DNA of 64,000 bases, taken from NCBI GenBank assembly GCA_023213395.1, contig CM041465.1, positions 152,217,741-152,281,740 on the forward strand. The letters run 5' to 3'. Numbering within the stretch: position 1 is the first letter of the stretch; the number at the start of each line of letters is the position of its first letter. The notes under the pieces are model-generated. The model had not been told where the DNA came from, did not search any database, and worked only from the letters and a program-made list of their open reading frames with translations. Positions 1 to 13,000 of the stretch are shown here, in pieces. This DNA comes from Cycas panzhihuaensis. Lineage: Eukaryota > Plantae > Cycadophyta. The translations under genes and the position numbers were made by a program.

Positions 1-128
1 TCACCATAGTTTAGCCTCATTAGCAGCTACCATTTAGAGGTATAGAAGGAGTAGAGGTTGGGAGAGGGGTCACCATTAAAGGGTTTCTAAAGGGCAACCT
101 ATCAAACCTATAAGGAGCCATTTAGAAG

Positions 129-530
129 CTAGAGATGATGCTTAAGAATAAGGTAAACTAGACTATTAGCCTTAACATTCTAATCATAAGGGATGTATCA
201 AATATCAACCATGGAGAAGCAAGACAGAAGAGACCTAGTAGTTGAAGTGAAGGATCTCAACTGAGGGTAGAGGACCTAATAGGTTTAGGTCAATTGGAAT
301 ACTATGATCTGAGAGTCATAATGTAGGATGATAGGACTATGATGGATGTAAAGTGCATTGGTTAAGGCCTCTATAGCTGCTGTATACTCTACATTGTTGT
401 CCATGGCCTTAGGTAGATAAATCTTAGAACATATGAAATCATGCCTAGAGGGATCACAGATGATACAAGCTGTAGCAGAAGGTCCTAGGTTACCACGACT
501 ACCATCATCCATGAAGATGAGTAGTGCCAT
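129..530 (-). pseudogene. Free-standing archaeal-type RNase H (aRH) ORF, 133 codons with internal stops
   Basis: MALLIFMDDGSRGNLG...NNVEYTAAIEAL...DSQIIVFQL...NVKANSLVYLILKHHL*. These are RNase HI motifs (DGxSxGNPG, NNxAEY, DSQ, NxxAD). ATG at 530 and stop at 129-131 are in frame. Confidence 0.85.
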
Positions 531-1731
531 GATTAGGGAAATAATAAGGAACTTAATGAAAATAAGGGAGATGCTCGATAAAGGATAATCGGTCCTGAAA
601 AAAATCATAATTACTCAAAAGGCTAATCAAGAGAGGAAAGTAGAGACCTATAGCTAGGTTGTTAAGCTTATGGAGGTCCTACCCTATAAAAGGGAAGGAG
701 CAAAGGTAAGAACATACTTAATGTCGAGGATTTAAGGTAGGTTCAAAGCCAACCAAGGGCTCGACCTAGGGATTAGATCCCATTAGGAGCAAAATGGGCC
801 AAAATAGACATGAAAAGCAAAGTCAACTTGCCAAAATGAGTCCACGAAGTATAAACATGGATAGTGTTTTAAGAAGCATAAAATAAGGTAAAAGGGACTC
901 CCAAAGGATACCAAAGGGGTGCTATAAATGCTAGAAAAGTTGAGAAAAATAGGCATCTAGGAGCCTAACAGGGTAGGGACCCTAAAGAGAACAAGGATGA
1001 GCCCAAGGATGTGGTCCTAATGACTCCAGCAAAATGGGAGAAGGTTGTGGGGCTTCAAGGAGTTCCATGAATAAAAGGAGATAAGGGGCTGAAAATGGAA
1101 TTCATTTTCACACTCCCTTATGTGATTTGGAGAGAAAACTACCTACTACCCTCAACTTACCACCTTGATATGAGCCTAGTAGAGGAGCTCTAATCGTTGG
1201 ATCATCACACAAAGGAAGCCATTGATACCATAGTTGAGTAATGGCAGCAATTAGGCCAGACCTGGTACTCAGATCTTAACCATGACTCACTTATTTGCAT
1301 CTTTTTATTAGTATATTTTATATGCTGGGTAGTGCCTATTAGGGTACAATGAGGCTTGACGGGACCCAATTAAAGGCTCATAAGAGGCTAAACTAAGGCT
1401 TTAGGAGGCCCTAATCCCAATGGATAAAGTGTTATCCATCTTTATTTATATATTTTTTATTTTATTTTTATTTTATTTTATTTTAACAGGGGAATTTATG
1501 GTACCACAGATATCCCTATAGGGCATATGGAGTACCTATAGGGCCCGCTAATATATTTATAATGTTGCAAATATATTAGTGGGGTGAAGATGAATATAAA
1601 GAATATATGAAAATATTTAGATTTAATCAAATTTTGATGACTGATATGTTGACTAGGAGGGCCCTTGGCCCTATAGGGAGGTAAGTAACTGACTGATAAT
1701 GTTTGTTGGTGATTTTTAGCATCTCACCACA

Positions 1732-2420
1732 ATGGAAAATTGCAAAAACATCGGTTCATCAATGATAGGATTTACAAAGTTAATGGATCATCGTGATAAG
1801 GCAACATTGAGACAATGTGGCTTTCTCAAGATAGTTTGCACACCACAATATGCCTCAGACCATGTATTTTTAGTTGGCATCATCTCTTATTAGGATCAAT
1901 AGAGGCATGTGTTCCATCTCTCACTAGTGGGATATACCACCATCACCCCAATGAATGTCTGGAGGATCATGGAGGTGCCTACCAATAGAGTAACAACCGT
2001 GTTTGGGACTTTTCCCAACACAGATGTAGCACATAGAGAAGAAACCAGATAGTTTTATGGTAAGGGTCACTGGGACTAGAGGGGGATGTCATTGGGGACC
2101 ATAGTGATGTTTAGGATTCCTCATGTAAAGAAGATGATTATCTTTACTATTCTATTCTAAATTTTCTAAAAATAGAACTATAAGGATGTGTTTGGAGGAT
2201 GGATGGATATCATCAAACAATGCAAGGCAGAAGAGAGGTTTGATTGGGTCACTTTGATAGTGGCTAATCTTATGGCTCAGCTCAACCAAATCTAAGTAGC
2301 AGGACATGGAGGACTCTCATATAACTCCCTACTTTAGTGTTGGTTCTTTGATCATTTTTAGGAGTGGGACTAGCAATAGGACCATAACCCATACCAGTTA
2401 GTGCTCCTCTCATTCATCGA
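1732..2420 (+). pseudogene. Plant Mobile Domain (PMD, aminotransferase-like, MAIN/MAIL1-type) gene, antisense to the Tat element
   Basis: From ATG 1732: ...LRQCGFLKIV...HVFLVGIISY*DQ*RHVFHLSLVGYTTITPMNVWRIMEVP, matching the PMD motif LVERWxxETHTFHLPxGExTITLEDV. Later FDWVTLIVANL and LL*CWFFDHF match PMD WGxAxLAxL and LLQxWxWE. Stops are TAG derivable from TGG/CAG. Confidence 0.8.
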
Positions 2421-2479
2421 TGGCCATCATGTTTCAGGGCTGTCAGAGAGCTAGCTCAAGTTAAGAGATTTGTAGTAGC

Positions 2480-3560
2480 TACATCATTAAACCTGCTAAT
2501 GGTGGATGACTATGTGAGCCAAACATATCACATCATGCATTAGGACAGTGATGCAAATGAGGGAGAGGCTGCATGGATCCTCATAGTAGAGCCAAGTGAG
2601 GAGAAGGATCAGGGAGCTCCTACTACTGATTCAGAGGTAAAGGTAGCATTGGTGGCTATAAGAGAGGCAACTATAGCTATGATAGGAGCAAAGATCCTCA
2701 GAGTAGAGGAGGCAAAGGTTGAGGAGACACTAGCTACTCCAAGGGATGAGAAGCTAGGAGTAGAGGAGTTGGGAGATAAGGAGGCAGTAGCTAGAGAGGC
2801 AACAACTAGAGAGGTGTCAGCTAATCTTGGAGGTGAGGTCTCTCTCTTTTTATATCTATAACTTTCAATTTAGTTATTTGATTTGAGATCTTTATGATGT
2901 TATCATTTATGTTTATGGATTTTATTTATACTCCAAACTGACACATGGACTTGCATGATTGGTAGGTAGAGAGGTCATAGAGGAGATAATCAGGATAGTT
3001 ATAATGGAGCTCTTCCCACAGGTGCAGGGAGGGTTGGCCTCCCATCATAGATAGTGAAGAGCCAGGCTCAATAGGACCCCACACAATGGCTTTTGCCCCT
3101 ATCATTTGAGTCAGAGATATATGGCCTATGGAGGCCAAGGAGAGATAGATGGAGAGGGATCAACTCCATGTAGAGAGGGACTAGATATGAGCTCGAGTGT
3201 AGGAGTTAGAGGACCAGGCAAGGGATAGAGTGATCCAAGGAGATCTAGGGGCCAAGATGAAGATTGTAGTCCTAGAGACTCAGCTAGTGGAGGTCTAAGG
3301 ACACTTATTTAGGGCACATGAGGGGAACGATTGACCCTAAGAAATGTAGGATCAATTGACTAAGGTGATAGAGGAGAGAGAGTAGTTATAGTATGCTATG
3401 ATTGATTAGTTAATAGATAGAAACCAGGTCTTCACATACCTACACACACACAACTATGCCATCCTAGAGCAGATTGAGGCTAGGACCTCATAGAGATACA
3501 TGAGGAGCCTAGTCCCTGAGAGAGTAGGGTAGCCCAAGGGGGACACACCATGAGTACAAC
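2480..3560 (+). pseudogene. Glu/Arg-rich, probably coiled-coil continuation of the antisense accessory gene (possible intron ~2832-2960)
   Basis: GAG-rich plus-strand frames (ORF 2649-2861 EEAKVEETLATPRDEKLGVEELGDKE), interrupted by an AT-rich GT-starting segment. Confidence 0.4.
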
Positions 3561-4364
3561 CTTCCCGTAGACTTTTGTATCATAATTTTAATAAGAGGAA
3601 AGCTTCAGACCTCCAGGGGGTTTTATACTTCACATATATATGATTATACATCCTTCTTGTAAGAATTTTACCTTCCTAGGGTATATTCTACCAACACATT
3701 TTGTATTATCATGGATGATTATGTACATATATAGAGATGGGGGAACACATTGGTATCCTATTTTAATATGAGTTGTTGATTTACTTTGATGGTTATGGAT
3801 GTATGAATGCATGTGTGCATAGATCTTATTATGTTATTTATTCATTTGTATATCCTTTTTTATAGTGTAGCACTCACACTAGGTATACATGATCACCCTG
3901 TATACTATGTAATCTCATGTGGCTTTAGGGAGAGGGGGTCACATTTCCATTAGAAGAAAAATAGTGATTCAGACATCAAAGAGAATAAGAACAAGTACAA
4001 ATACCCTAAAAGTAGTAAGAGGAGATAAGGTCTATCTCAAGAAGCCCTCTATAGGCAGTAACTTATGCTCAAAAGTGAATAGTTACTTCCTAAAGAAGGA
4101 ACTAAACATAAGCATGGAGACATGCCCCTATGGTGACGTATTCACCACTACCCATAGGCTAAAAGAAGGGCTATGTTTATTGAGGGGAAATATGACACCT
4201 TCAGAAATAGGCATAGGCATCTTGATAATAAACAGACTTACTAGAGACTTAAATATATGCCATGCCCCTAATGAGAGTACTTGTTATTGTATTTGAATGG
4301 TAGTTTAGGCTCATTCTAGAGTGAGTGACTGGCTTTTTTTCTACTTAGAAGGAGAAATAATAAA

Positions 4365-7160
4365 CCATAGAATTTTTTTAGAAACTTGTCGTTTATAGAT
4401 TTGTTAAACTCAAGGCCCTCTAACTTGGCTATCCTATATGATCCATTGTCGAGGCTCTCAAGAATGACAAAAGGGCCCACCTATTTGGGGCCAAATTTTG
4501 ATAGGTAATCATAGAGATACTCTAGCTTGAGGAATTGGTCCTTAGGATTCAAGGGGTGAGGATGTAGATTCTTGTCATACATCCTTTGTTCCCTAGCCTT
4601 AGATGTTAGGTTAGTTTGGTATATGGCCAAGCGTCTTTCATCCATAGGCTTGAGGTTGAGGAGGCAAACCTAGTGGTGCCATTTCTCATTGACGAACTCT
4701 TTAAGGGATACTCTTAAAGAGGGAATCTCAACGTTTAAAGGCAAAAATATGTCAATTTCATAAACCACGAAGAAAGGTGTCATCCCCATAGTAGTGTTGA
4801 TCGAGGTGCAATAAGCCCACAAAGATGAATAAAGTTAAACATGTCAATCTCTTTGAGATTGGGCGATGATTTTATTTAGAATATTAATTAGGGTTTTATT
4901 GAAAGATTTAATTTGGCCATTAGCCTAGGGGTAATAAAGGGATGAAGTCTTATGAGAGATCTTGAATTTCTCATAAAGCTTATCCATCTCTTTATTATAG
5001 AATGGAGTTCCATTATTTGTCATGATAATGCTTGGAATCCAAATTGATAGATAGTATGTTGATACACAAAGGTGGTAATCATCTTACTAATTGTAGAAGA
5101 TAATAGGATAAATTCATCCCATTTGGTAAAGTACTTCATTGCATTTAAGATAAATTAATGTTGAACTAAGGAAGGTAGATTAATAGCTCCAATTAAGTCT
5201 AATCCCTATTGGGAGAAAGGATAGGGAGATATAATAGCATGCAACACCTCAGAAGGCTAGTGGATAACATTAGCATGCCCTTAGCATTTGTTGCAACACT
5301 ACACATAAGCATAGTCATCCTTGAATAAGGATGGCCAATAGTATCCCATGCAAAGGATTCTTTAAGCCATGGATTGGCCTCCAAAGTGGCCTTCACAAAT
5401 GGTACTATAGCATTCATAGAGAATCTGGTAAATCTCCTCGGGATTAAGGTAAAGAGGAGAATGCCATTAAAGGACTGCTTATCTAATATGTCCTACATAA
5501 GGAAGTGTTATCAAGTGAGAGCCCTAATATGTGACTTCACTTTATCATTGGTATTATTAGGGTATTGCTATTGAGTAAGGTATTGTATAATATCCCTATA
5601 CCATTTTCTATCAGCTAATGGATGGGGGGATGCATGCTAGAGAGCTATGATGGACTCATCCAATAATGAATCATTAACTAGAACCCTAAGAGAATTAGAG
5701 ATGAGGGCATCAACTAACTATTCCACAACTATCATCCCCTTCCTAGACTTCTGATTAATAATTTTACGGTTGTATTCCTAAAGGAGGATGACCCATTTAC
5801 TTATCCTTCTTATCAAATCTAACCAGGTCAAAAGGTATCTCATCATATCAAATTAGATAATCATGTGAGTGGTATTGCCTAAGAGGTAGTGTCTAAACTT
5901 CTTAGTGGTGTGGACTAAGGCTAAGAACTCCTTTTCATCTAGCAGGTAGTTCAATTCTACTGCCACCAACATGTGACTAATAAAATAGATGGCTCTCTTA
6001 GTTTTTGAGTGATCTTCTTGGGCTGGCATGGCTCCCAAGTGTTCATTAGTAGTTAAGGTGTATAAAATAAAAGGACAATCAAAGAGGAGAGAAGCCAACA
6101 TGGGAGTAAATATAAGAGCCCAATTAATCTCTTAAAATGCCTTTTGGGCCTTAGGATATTAGACAAATGGAGCTCCCTTCTTCAGTAAGTTAGTCAAAGG
6201 TCTAGAATTTATTATAAAATTCACCAAGAAACATCTCAAAAACCCTGACCTCCCCAAGAATGACTTGATTTGTTGTTCGGTTCTTGGGGGTGGCATCTTG
6301 ACAATGGCCTTAACCTTGTCAGGGTCTATTTGGATTCCTTGTTTAGAGACAAGGAAACCTAAGAGATTGTCAGATGTCACTATAAAAATAAATTTAAGCA
6401 GATTTAAGCTGACATGATACTTACGGTACCTTATGAAGATGGCTCTAAAGTCTATGGGATGATTAACACTCTTACGAGAGAGCCCCATCATATCATCCAT
6501 AAAATCTTTAAGAGTTTTATTTATAAGGTTATGAAAACTAAATTCCATCACCCATTGGTAAGTGGCACCTACATTCTTTAATCCAAAGGGTATGGCCTTG
6601 TAAGCAAAGGTCCCACATGGAGTAGTGAAGGCTGTTTTGTGATGATCTTCAAGGGATATTTGGATATAGTTATATCTAAAGAAACCATCCATTAAGGACA
6701 TGACTTTAAAGCTGGAAGTTCAATCAATGATTTGATCGATAAATAAGAGAGAGAAGTTGTCCTTATGACAAGTATTGTTGATATCCTAAAAGTCAACATA
6801 AATCCTAATCGTCCTATTCTTTTTAGTGATAAGTATCATGTTGGAGACCCACTCAGGGTAATTAATGGAAATAATAAGTCCTACGTCTAGCAAATTTTCC
6901 ACTTCTATTTTAATAACAACTAATAATTTAGGATATAAAGGGCATTATTTTTATCACACATTATAAACGCTTGAAATGGTAGTGAGGTTATGGGTTATAA
7001 TGATAAAACCTATATCCTTCATATCTGAATGATCCCATATAAAAACATCTTAGAATTCTTCGAATAATAGGGTGTATTCCTTTATCTCTTAGGAAAAACA
7101 CTCTACCCCAATCTTAATGACCTTACTAGGGACAAGGATGATATTCTTGGTTACCCCTGT
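4365..7160 (-). pseudogene. Gypsy pol remnant (RT, RNase H, integrase) of relic 1
   Basis: ORFs 6159-6701, 5853-6101 and 5199-5417 plus interrupted frames with INT core and GPF motif. Confidence 0.9.
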
Positions 7161-7164
7161 GCAC

Positions 7165-8365
7165 ATAGCATTCAATTGGCCAATCTACCAAATGGATGTG
7201 AAGAGTACTTTCCTTAATGAAGAGCTTACAGAAGAGGTTTTCTTGAAGCAACCTCTTGACTATGGTGTTCCAAGCAAAGAACAATTAGTTTATAAGCTCA
7301 AGAAAGCTTTGTATAGACTAAAGAAAGCACCACGTGCTTGGTATATAAGGATTGATGCCTTCCTCACTTAGCATAGATTTTATTATTTACCCTTTGACCC
7401 AGACTTATATATTTATGTTAGAGAAAACTTGATCACCATCATTATTTTATGTGGACGATCTAGTAATCATAGGAAACAATAATAAAGGTATAGCTTGGCT
7501 ATAGTCAGAACTAAAAAGTAACTTTGAGATGATAGATCTTAGGTTGCCCCATTATTTCCTTAGAATTGAAGTTTAATAGGAACTAGACCACATCTTCCTA
7601 TCTTAATCGATGAACTCTTGCAAAGATTCAAGATGATAGATTGTAAGCTAGCACCAACTTCCATAGAAACATGAACTAAGTTGAACCTAGATGAATAAGG
7701 CAAATCTTTTGATCCTGCTTTATACTGATAATTAGTTGGAAGTCCTATCCACCTCACCCACACTCTACCAGATATCTATTATGTAGTTAAGATCTGTTTT
7801 AGGTATATGCCAAAACCTAAAGCATCCCACTAGAATGGTATGACTATGCTTCTCAAATATATTTATGGTATACATCAGTTTGGACTTGACTACAACCAAA
7901 CTAAGAATCCTATCCTCAGAGAATATATAGATTTTGACTGGGTAAATTGCCAAGACACTCGCCATTCAACTTTAGGATATAGTTTTGACATAAATTTAGT
8001 TGCAATCTCTTAAAGTTGTAAGAAGCAGCCAAATATTACTCTTTCCTCCACTAAAGTTAAATATAAAGTAACTGTTCATACCACTATGGAGTTGATTTAG
8101 CTCATAAGAATTCTCACCAAGTTTGGACTTCAACAAACTGCACCTACCACTCATTACTATGATAACTAAAGTGTATTGAAGATGATAAGGAATCTAGTCT
8201 TCCATGCTAAAACCAAGCATATTAAGGTCTGATGTCACTTCATCTATGAGCATGTGTAAAACAAATAAGTAGATCTCATTTACTAATTAATTAAGGACTA
8301 CTTGTAGATATCTTCACCAAAGTACTTGGAAAACCAAAGTTTAAACTATTTCAACTTATATGTGT
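7165..8365 (+). pseudogene. Ty1/Copia RT-RNase H fragment without 5' part
   Basis: WPIYQMDVKSTFLN...LKKALYRLKKAPRAWY, YVDD region, RH KTKHI and DIFTK motifs. Confidence 0.9.
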
Positions 8366-8740
8366 GTACTAGAGGCAAGCCCTATTTGTAATTTAATCAT
8401 AATTTATAAATATATCAGGTCCATCATTTGTGTCGATATGTCAGCTAATAATATTGATGTAAACATTGGTGGTACATTTATAAATTAAGCCCCACTCACC
8501 TCATTTATATATTGGATAATTATGAATGTGGAAGCTCTACCAAATTTGAGCCTTATGGTGTAACAATTTTGCCTATGAATATTTGTCTATTTCATATCCT
8601 TATTTGTGCTTGATTATTTTAATATTTTAATAGTTTGTAATGGTTTATTGATGATTGCATATAGATTTTAGATCATGTAGATGTTTTCTTATAACTATAC
8701 ATGTAAACCTCTCTCAAGTAGTAAGGGAAATATAAATTTT

Positions 8741-9416
8741 CACCTAGATTCTATGGCCCATACCAAATCTGGTAAAGGATTAGAGAATTAGCTTATACCC
8801 TTGACTTATCTCAAGGTAGTAAGATTCATGACATCTTCTATGTATCTAACCTTAAGAAAAAGATGGGGTACTATGTTGAGGCAACAACTATATTACGAAT
8901 AATATATGAAGAGGGAAAACTTATGTTAGAATTTAAAAGTATAACTTATATTTACTAGCATAAGCTCAAATTATAAAATATTATAGAGTATCTAGTTAAA
9001 TGGAAGGGGCTATGACAACCTAAGAGAGTGAATAATTCATTTAAAATTACCCATCATTACGAACACTTTATAGGCAAAGAAAATTTTAGAAGGAAGGAAT
9101 TTGTTGTGACCTAATACAATTATGAAACTTAGGTATAAATTTGATAAATTATTAGAAGCCAATTTTTTTTATTATTAGGGAGAAGAAATCTTATTATTAT
9201 TATTATTATTAATAAAAGATAAGTTCTTATTAAAAAGGCATCATTTTTTGAAAGTAGCCAATGCTAACATCTATAAATAAAGAATTATCATTCATTTGTA
9301 AGTTATCTTTTGTGAGTTAATTTATTTAGGGTCTTTTGACCATTTGGCTCTTAGGAGCTTCTTTTCACCTTTTATTTCAATTTTCTTGTATCATGGAAGT
9401 AGATCCTCTTTAGGAT
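8741..9416 (+). mobile_element. Chromovirus Gypsy 3' fragment: integrase GPY motif, chromodomain, PPT and LTR (the LTR resumes at 14783-~14800 after the Copia A insertion)
   Basis: PRFYGPYQI...AYTLDL...IHDIFYVSNLKK and EYLVKWKG; purine tract AGAAGGAAGGAA followed by TGTTGTG at ~9100. Confidence 0.75.
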
Positions 9417-10079
9417 TATTAGATAATGTAACAATAATATTTTAGATATAAAAATTTTGAAAGGTTGGTAGTATAATTTGCCCCCTAAACTTTTATGGAG
9501 GGATCCAAGGCCTCCCTTGGCTGGGGGTTGTAGCGAGAGCTGGACCTCCCTCCCCCCCACCCATGCACACAAAGAGGGGGTTCAAGAGTGATAGCCCCTG
9601 ACCCAAAAAATTAGCACTATGAAACATACTAAATTATAAAGAGAATCGAGGTTATTTATTTAAAATACTCTAGATTTGATGGTCAAAATTTGTGCCTTAT
9701 ATAACTCTCTCATATAGACTGATTTAGGGTGTTTTTTCATGATGTTAATGGCATTTGATGTATTAGATATACTATGAGGAGTAAAGTGGCTAGTTATTGT
9801 TCCCATAAATATTTTACTATAGATTATGTATATTTCTCCATTCTTAGATAATAAAGATCGGTACCTTTCCTATGCGGATGTTTCCCTAGCACACTATTAG
9901 GGTTTTACCACATTATATCTAATGTATATGTGATGCTTTAGTTTTCTGATTTATTTATTGTATTATCTCTAGTTTAAGAATCTGCGTGTTAAATTTTAAT
10001 TTCAATTCCTATAACTAGTTATAATATAATTTAGATCTTGGTGGTGGTTTCTAGTTATTGTGACCTAGTTTTCTTAATA
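9417..10079 (+). repeat. 5' LTR of Copia A
   Basis: Direct repeat of 14129-14777, followed by PBS. Confidence 0.9.
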
Positions 10080-13000
10080 AGTGGTATCAGAGCCATTTTT
10101 ATTTTTGTAGCATGTTTATAAAGGTTTTGGTGTTGGTTTTTTCGACACTAAATAGTGAAACTAGTGAATACAAAATTTGAGGTGGAGAAATTCAATTGTA
10201 AGAATAACTTGAAGTTGTAGAAACTAAAAGCATATGATGTCCTGGTATAATAGGAATTGTATAGAGCTCTTACAGGTAAATCAAAGAAACCTACAAGGAT
10301 AGACAATGATGAATAGGAGGACGATTTGGATAAAAGGGCTCTTAGCATAATATTACTGTGCTTAGTAGATGAAGTTCTATTTAACATTATAGGGGAGAAG
10401 ATAATAGCAAGGTTATATACTTGGTTAGAAGCCTTGTACATGACTAAATTAGTGGTGAATCGAATCTACTTGAAAAGGTAACTGTACTTATTATAGATGA
10501 AGGAAGGTATAAAAATTCTTGATCACTTAAATCTTTTTAATTCTCTTATTTATCAGTTAGCTAGTATCAATATCACAATTGAGAATAAGGATAAGGCTAT
10601 TACCTTGTTATGTTTATTACTAGAATCTTAGGATAATATTGTCACCTCAATTAGTTTTAGTAGTACACATAAATTAGACTATAATTCTATTGTAAGTGCT
10701 TTGCTGATGGAAAAGGTGGAAGAAGTCTAGTCTTGAAACCTCCACACTAGAAGCTATAATAACAAGGGAAAAAATGATTGAGAGAGGATAAAGCTTCGAG
10801 GATACATCAAGGTTAAAGTCAAAAGGCAAGAACAATAAGCTTAGATGTTGGCACTATAGTAAGATGGGTCACCTCAAAGAAGGATTACTACAAAAAGAAG
10901 GAGTTCCAGAAAAAAGAAGATCCTAGCAAGGATGTTAATTAGTTAGAGTCGAAGTAAGATACAGATGATGATGTCTTGGTTGCTTGTAATGTTTCCCATT
11001 ATCATCATGATTGGTTATTAGATTAAGGTGATCCACATAACATGTGTATATATAAGAGTTAGTTTTTATTATACCAACCTCTTGATAGTGGTGATGTACT
11101 TATCAGAAATAAAGTTTCTTATAAGACAATGGGCATTAGTAGCATCAAAATTAAAATGTTTGATGATGTAGTGGAAACATTAACTGAAGTTAGGTATGTA
11201 CTTGATCTAAAAAAGAATCTAATTTCCTTGGGTGAACTAAATTCTGCTGGTTATAAGTATACAGATTATGATAGAGTCTTGAAGGTATCGAAAGACACCT
11301 TGGTTGTTATGAAAGCCTTAAAGAAATTAAACCTTTATATTTTGGTGGAAAGTATAGATTTCAGTCATGTAGCTATAATATCAAAAATTGTAGAAGATCC
11401 AGCTCATTTATGGCATTAGAAACTTGGGCATATGAGTGAGAGAGGACTTAAGGTTTTGATGAACAGTAAGTTGCTTCTTAACTTGCAGCTTTCAGATTTG
11501 ATTTTTTGTAAATATTATATTTTTAGAAAATAGTATAAACTTAAGTTTAAAATAGGGAGTCACACTTATAAAGGTGTTCTAGATTATGTACATTCAGATG
11601 TGTGAAGGCCAACCCCTATAATATCCTATGAAAGATCATTATACTTTGTCACATTTATAGATGATTACCCTAGAAAAACATAGATAGATTTTTTAAAAAA
11701 TAAATCTAAAGTTTTAAATATGTTTAAGAAATTTAAGGCTCTGGTTGAGAAAAGCACTTGCAGATCAATCAAATGTTTAAGAACTGACAATAAAGGTGAG
11801 TTCAACTCTTTAGATTTTGAGAACTATTATAGAGAAGTTGGGATCGAAAAGCATAAGATCACTAGCTATACTCTATAGCAGAATGGCATAGATGAGTACA
11901 TGAATATGACACTCTTAGAAAGAGCAAGAAGCATACTAAGTAATATAAGAGTGGAGCAGGGCTTATAGGCAGAAGATATTCAAACAACTTGTTATTTATA
12001 AAATAGATCACCATTACTTACAATAGACTATAAGATTCCTAAAGAGGTTTAGACTATACATCCATGTAACTATTCAAATTTGAAAGTTTTTAGTTGTGTT
12101 ACTTATGCCTTGACTAATAAAAGTCAACATTCAAAGTTAGACCCAAAATCCAAGAGATGTATCTTTGTTGGTTATGGTGATAAATATAGTATGAAGGGAT
12201 ATAGGTTGTATGATCCTACTGCCTATAAAATCACTATTAATAGAGATGTTATATTTGACGAATCTCCTTTTCTAAAATCAAACAGTGTAAAAGTTAAAGT
12301 GAAATAAGTGCAAAACGTTGAATATCAACAGGTTAAGCTTGAGACTCATCCATCTTTGAAAACATAAAAGCAGGAAGAGCTTTCTGAAGATGAATCTAAA
12401 ATAGATTTATAAGAGTATATGGATACTCCTCCACCAACTTTTAGAAGATCTACATGAGTCAATCATACACCTAGTAGGTACAACCCTTCTATTTCTATTA
12501 CTTTAGTTTCTAATGATGGTGAGCCTACATGCTATCAAGAAGCAATAAATGATATCCATTGTGAGAAGTAGAAGAGGCCTATGTAGGAAGAGATAGATAC
12601 TTTAAAGAAAAATAATTCATGGGACTTGGTAAAACTTCCACATGGTAGGAAGATTATTAGTTACAAGTGGGTTTTCAAAAAGAAAATAGATGTTGATAGA
12701 AAGGTTAACAAATATAGAGCAAGACTGGTGGCTAAAGGCTTTACAAAAAAAATAGGTATTGATTTTCATAAGATCTTTTCACCAATTATTAAACTTGTTT
12801 CAATTCAAGTTCTATTAATGTTGGTAGCTTCTCTTTATTTAAAGTTGGAGTAGCTAGATATAAAAATAGCTTTTCTACATGGACATTTAGATGAGGAGAT
12901 CTATGTAGATCAACCATAAGGACTTGTACAAGATGGCAAGAAAAGACTTATTTATAGGCTCAAGAAATCATTGCATGGCCTGAAGTAATTACCTAGGTAA

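Larger units (their letters stand above)
1..7160 (-). mobile_element. Degenerate Ty3/Gypsy (Tat-like) LTR retrotransposon relic 1: RT-RH-INT, then 3' accessory region with antisense PMD gene and free-standing aRH; 5' part truncated at ~7160, 3' end runs out of the window
   Basis: Minus-strand RT (DGFFRYNYIQI...KTAFTTPCGTFAYKAIPFGLKNVGATYQ), RH (AIYFISHMLVAVELNY...EKEFLALVH), INT remnants ending ...KFLKKFY near 4365; aRH at 129-530. Confidence 0.85.
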
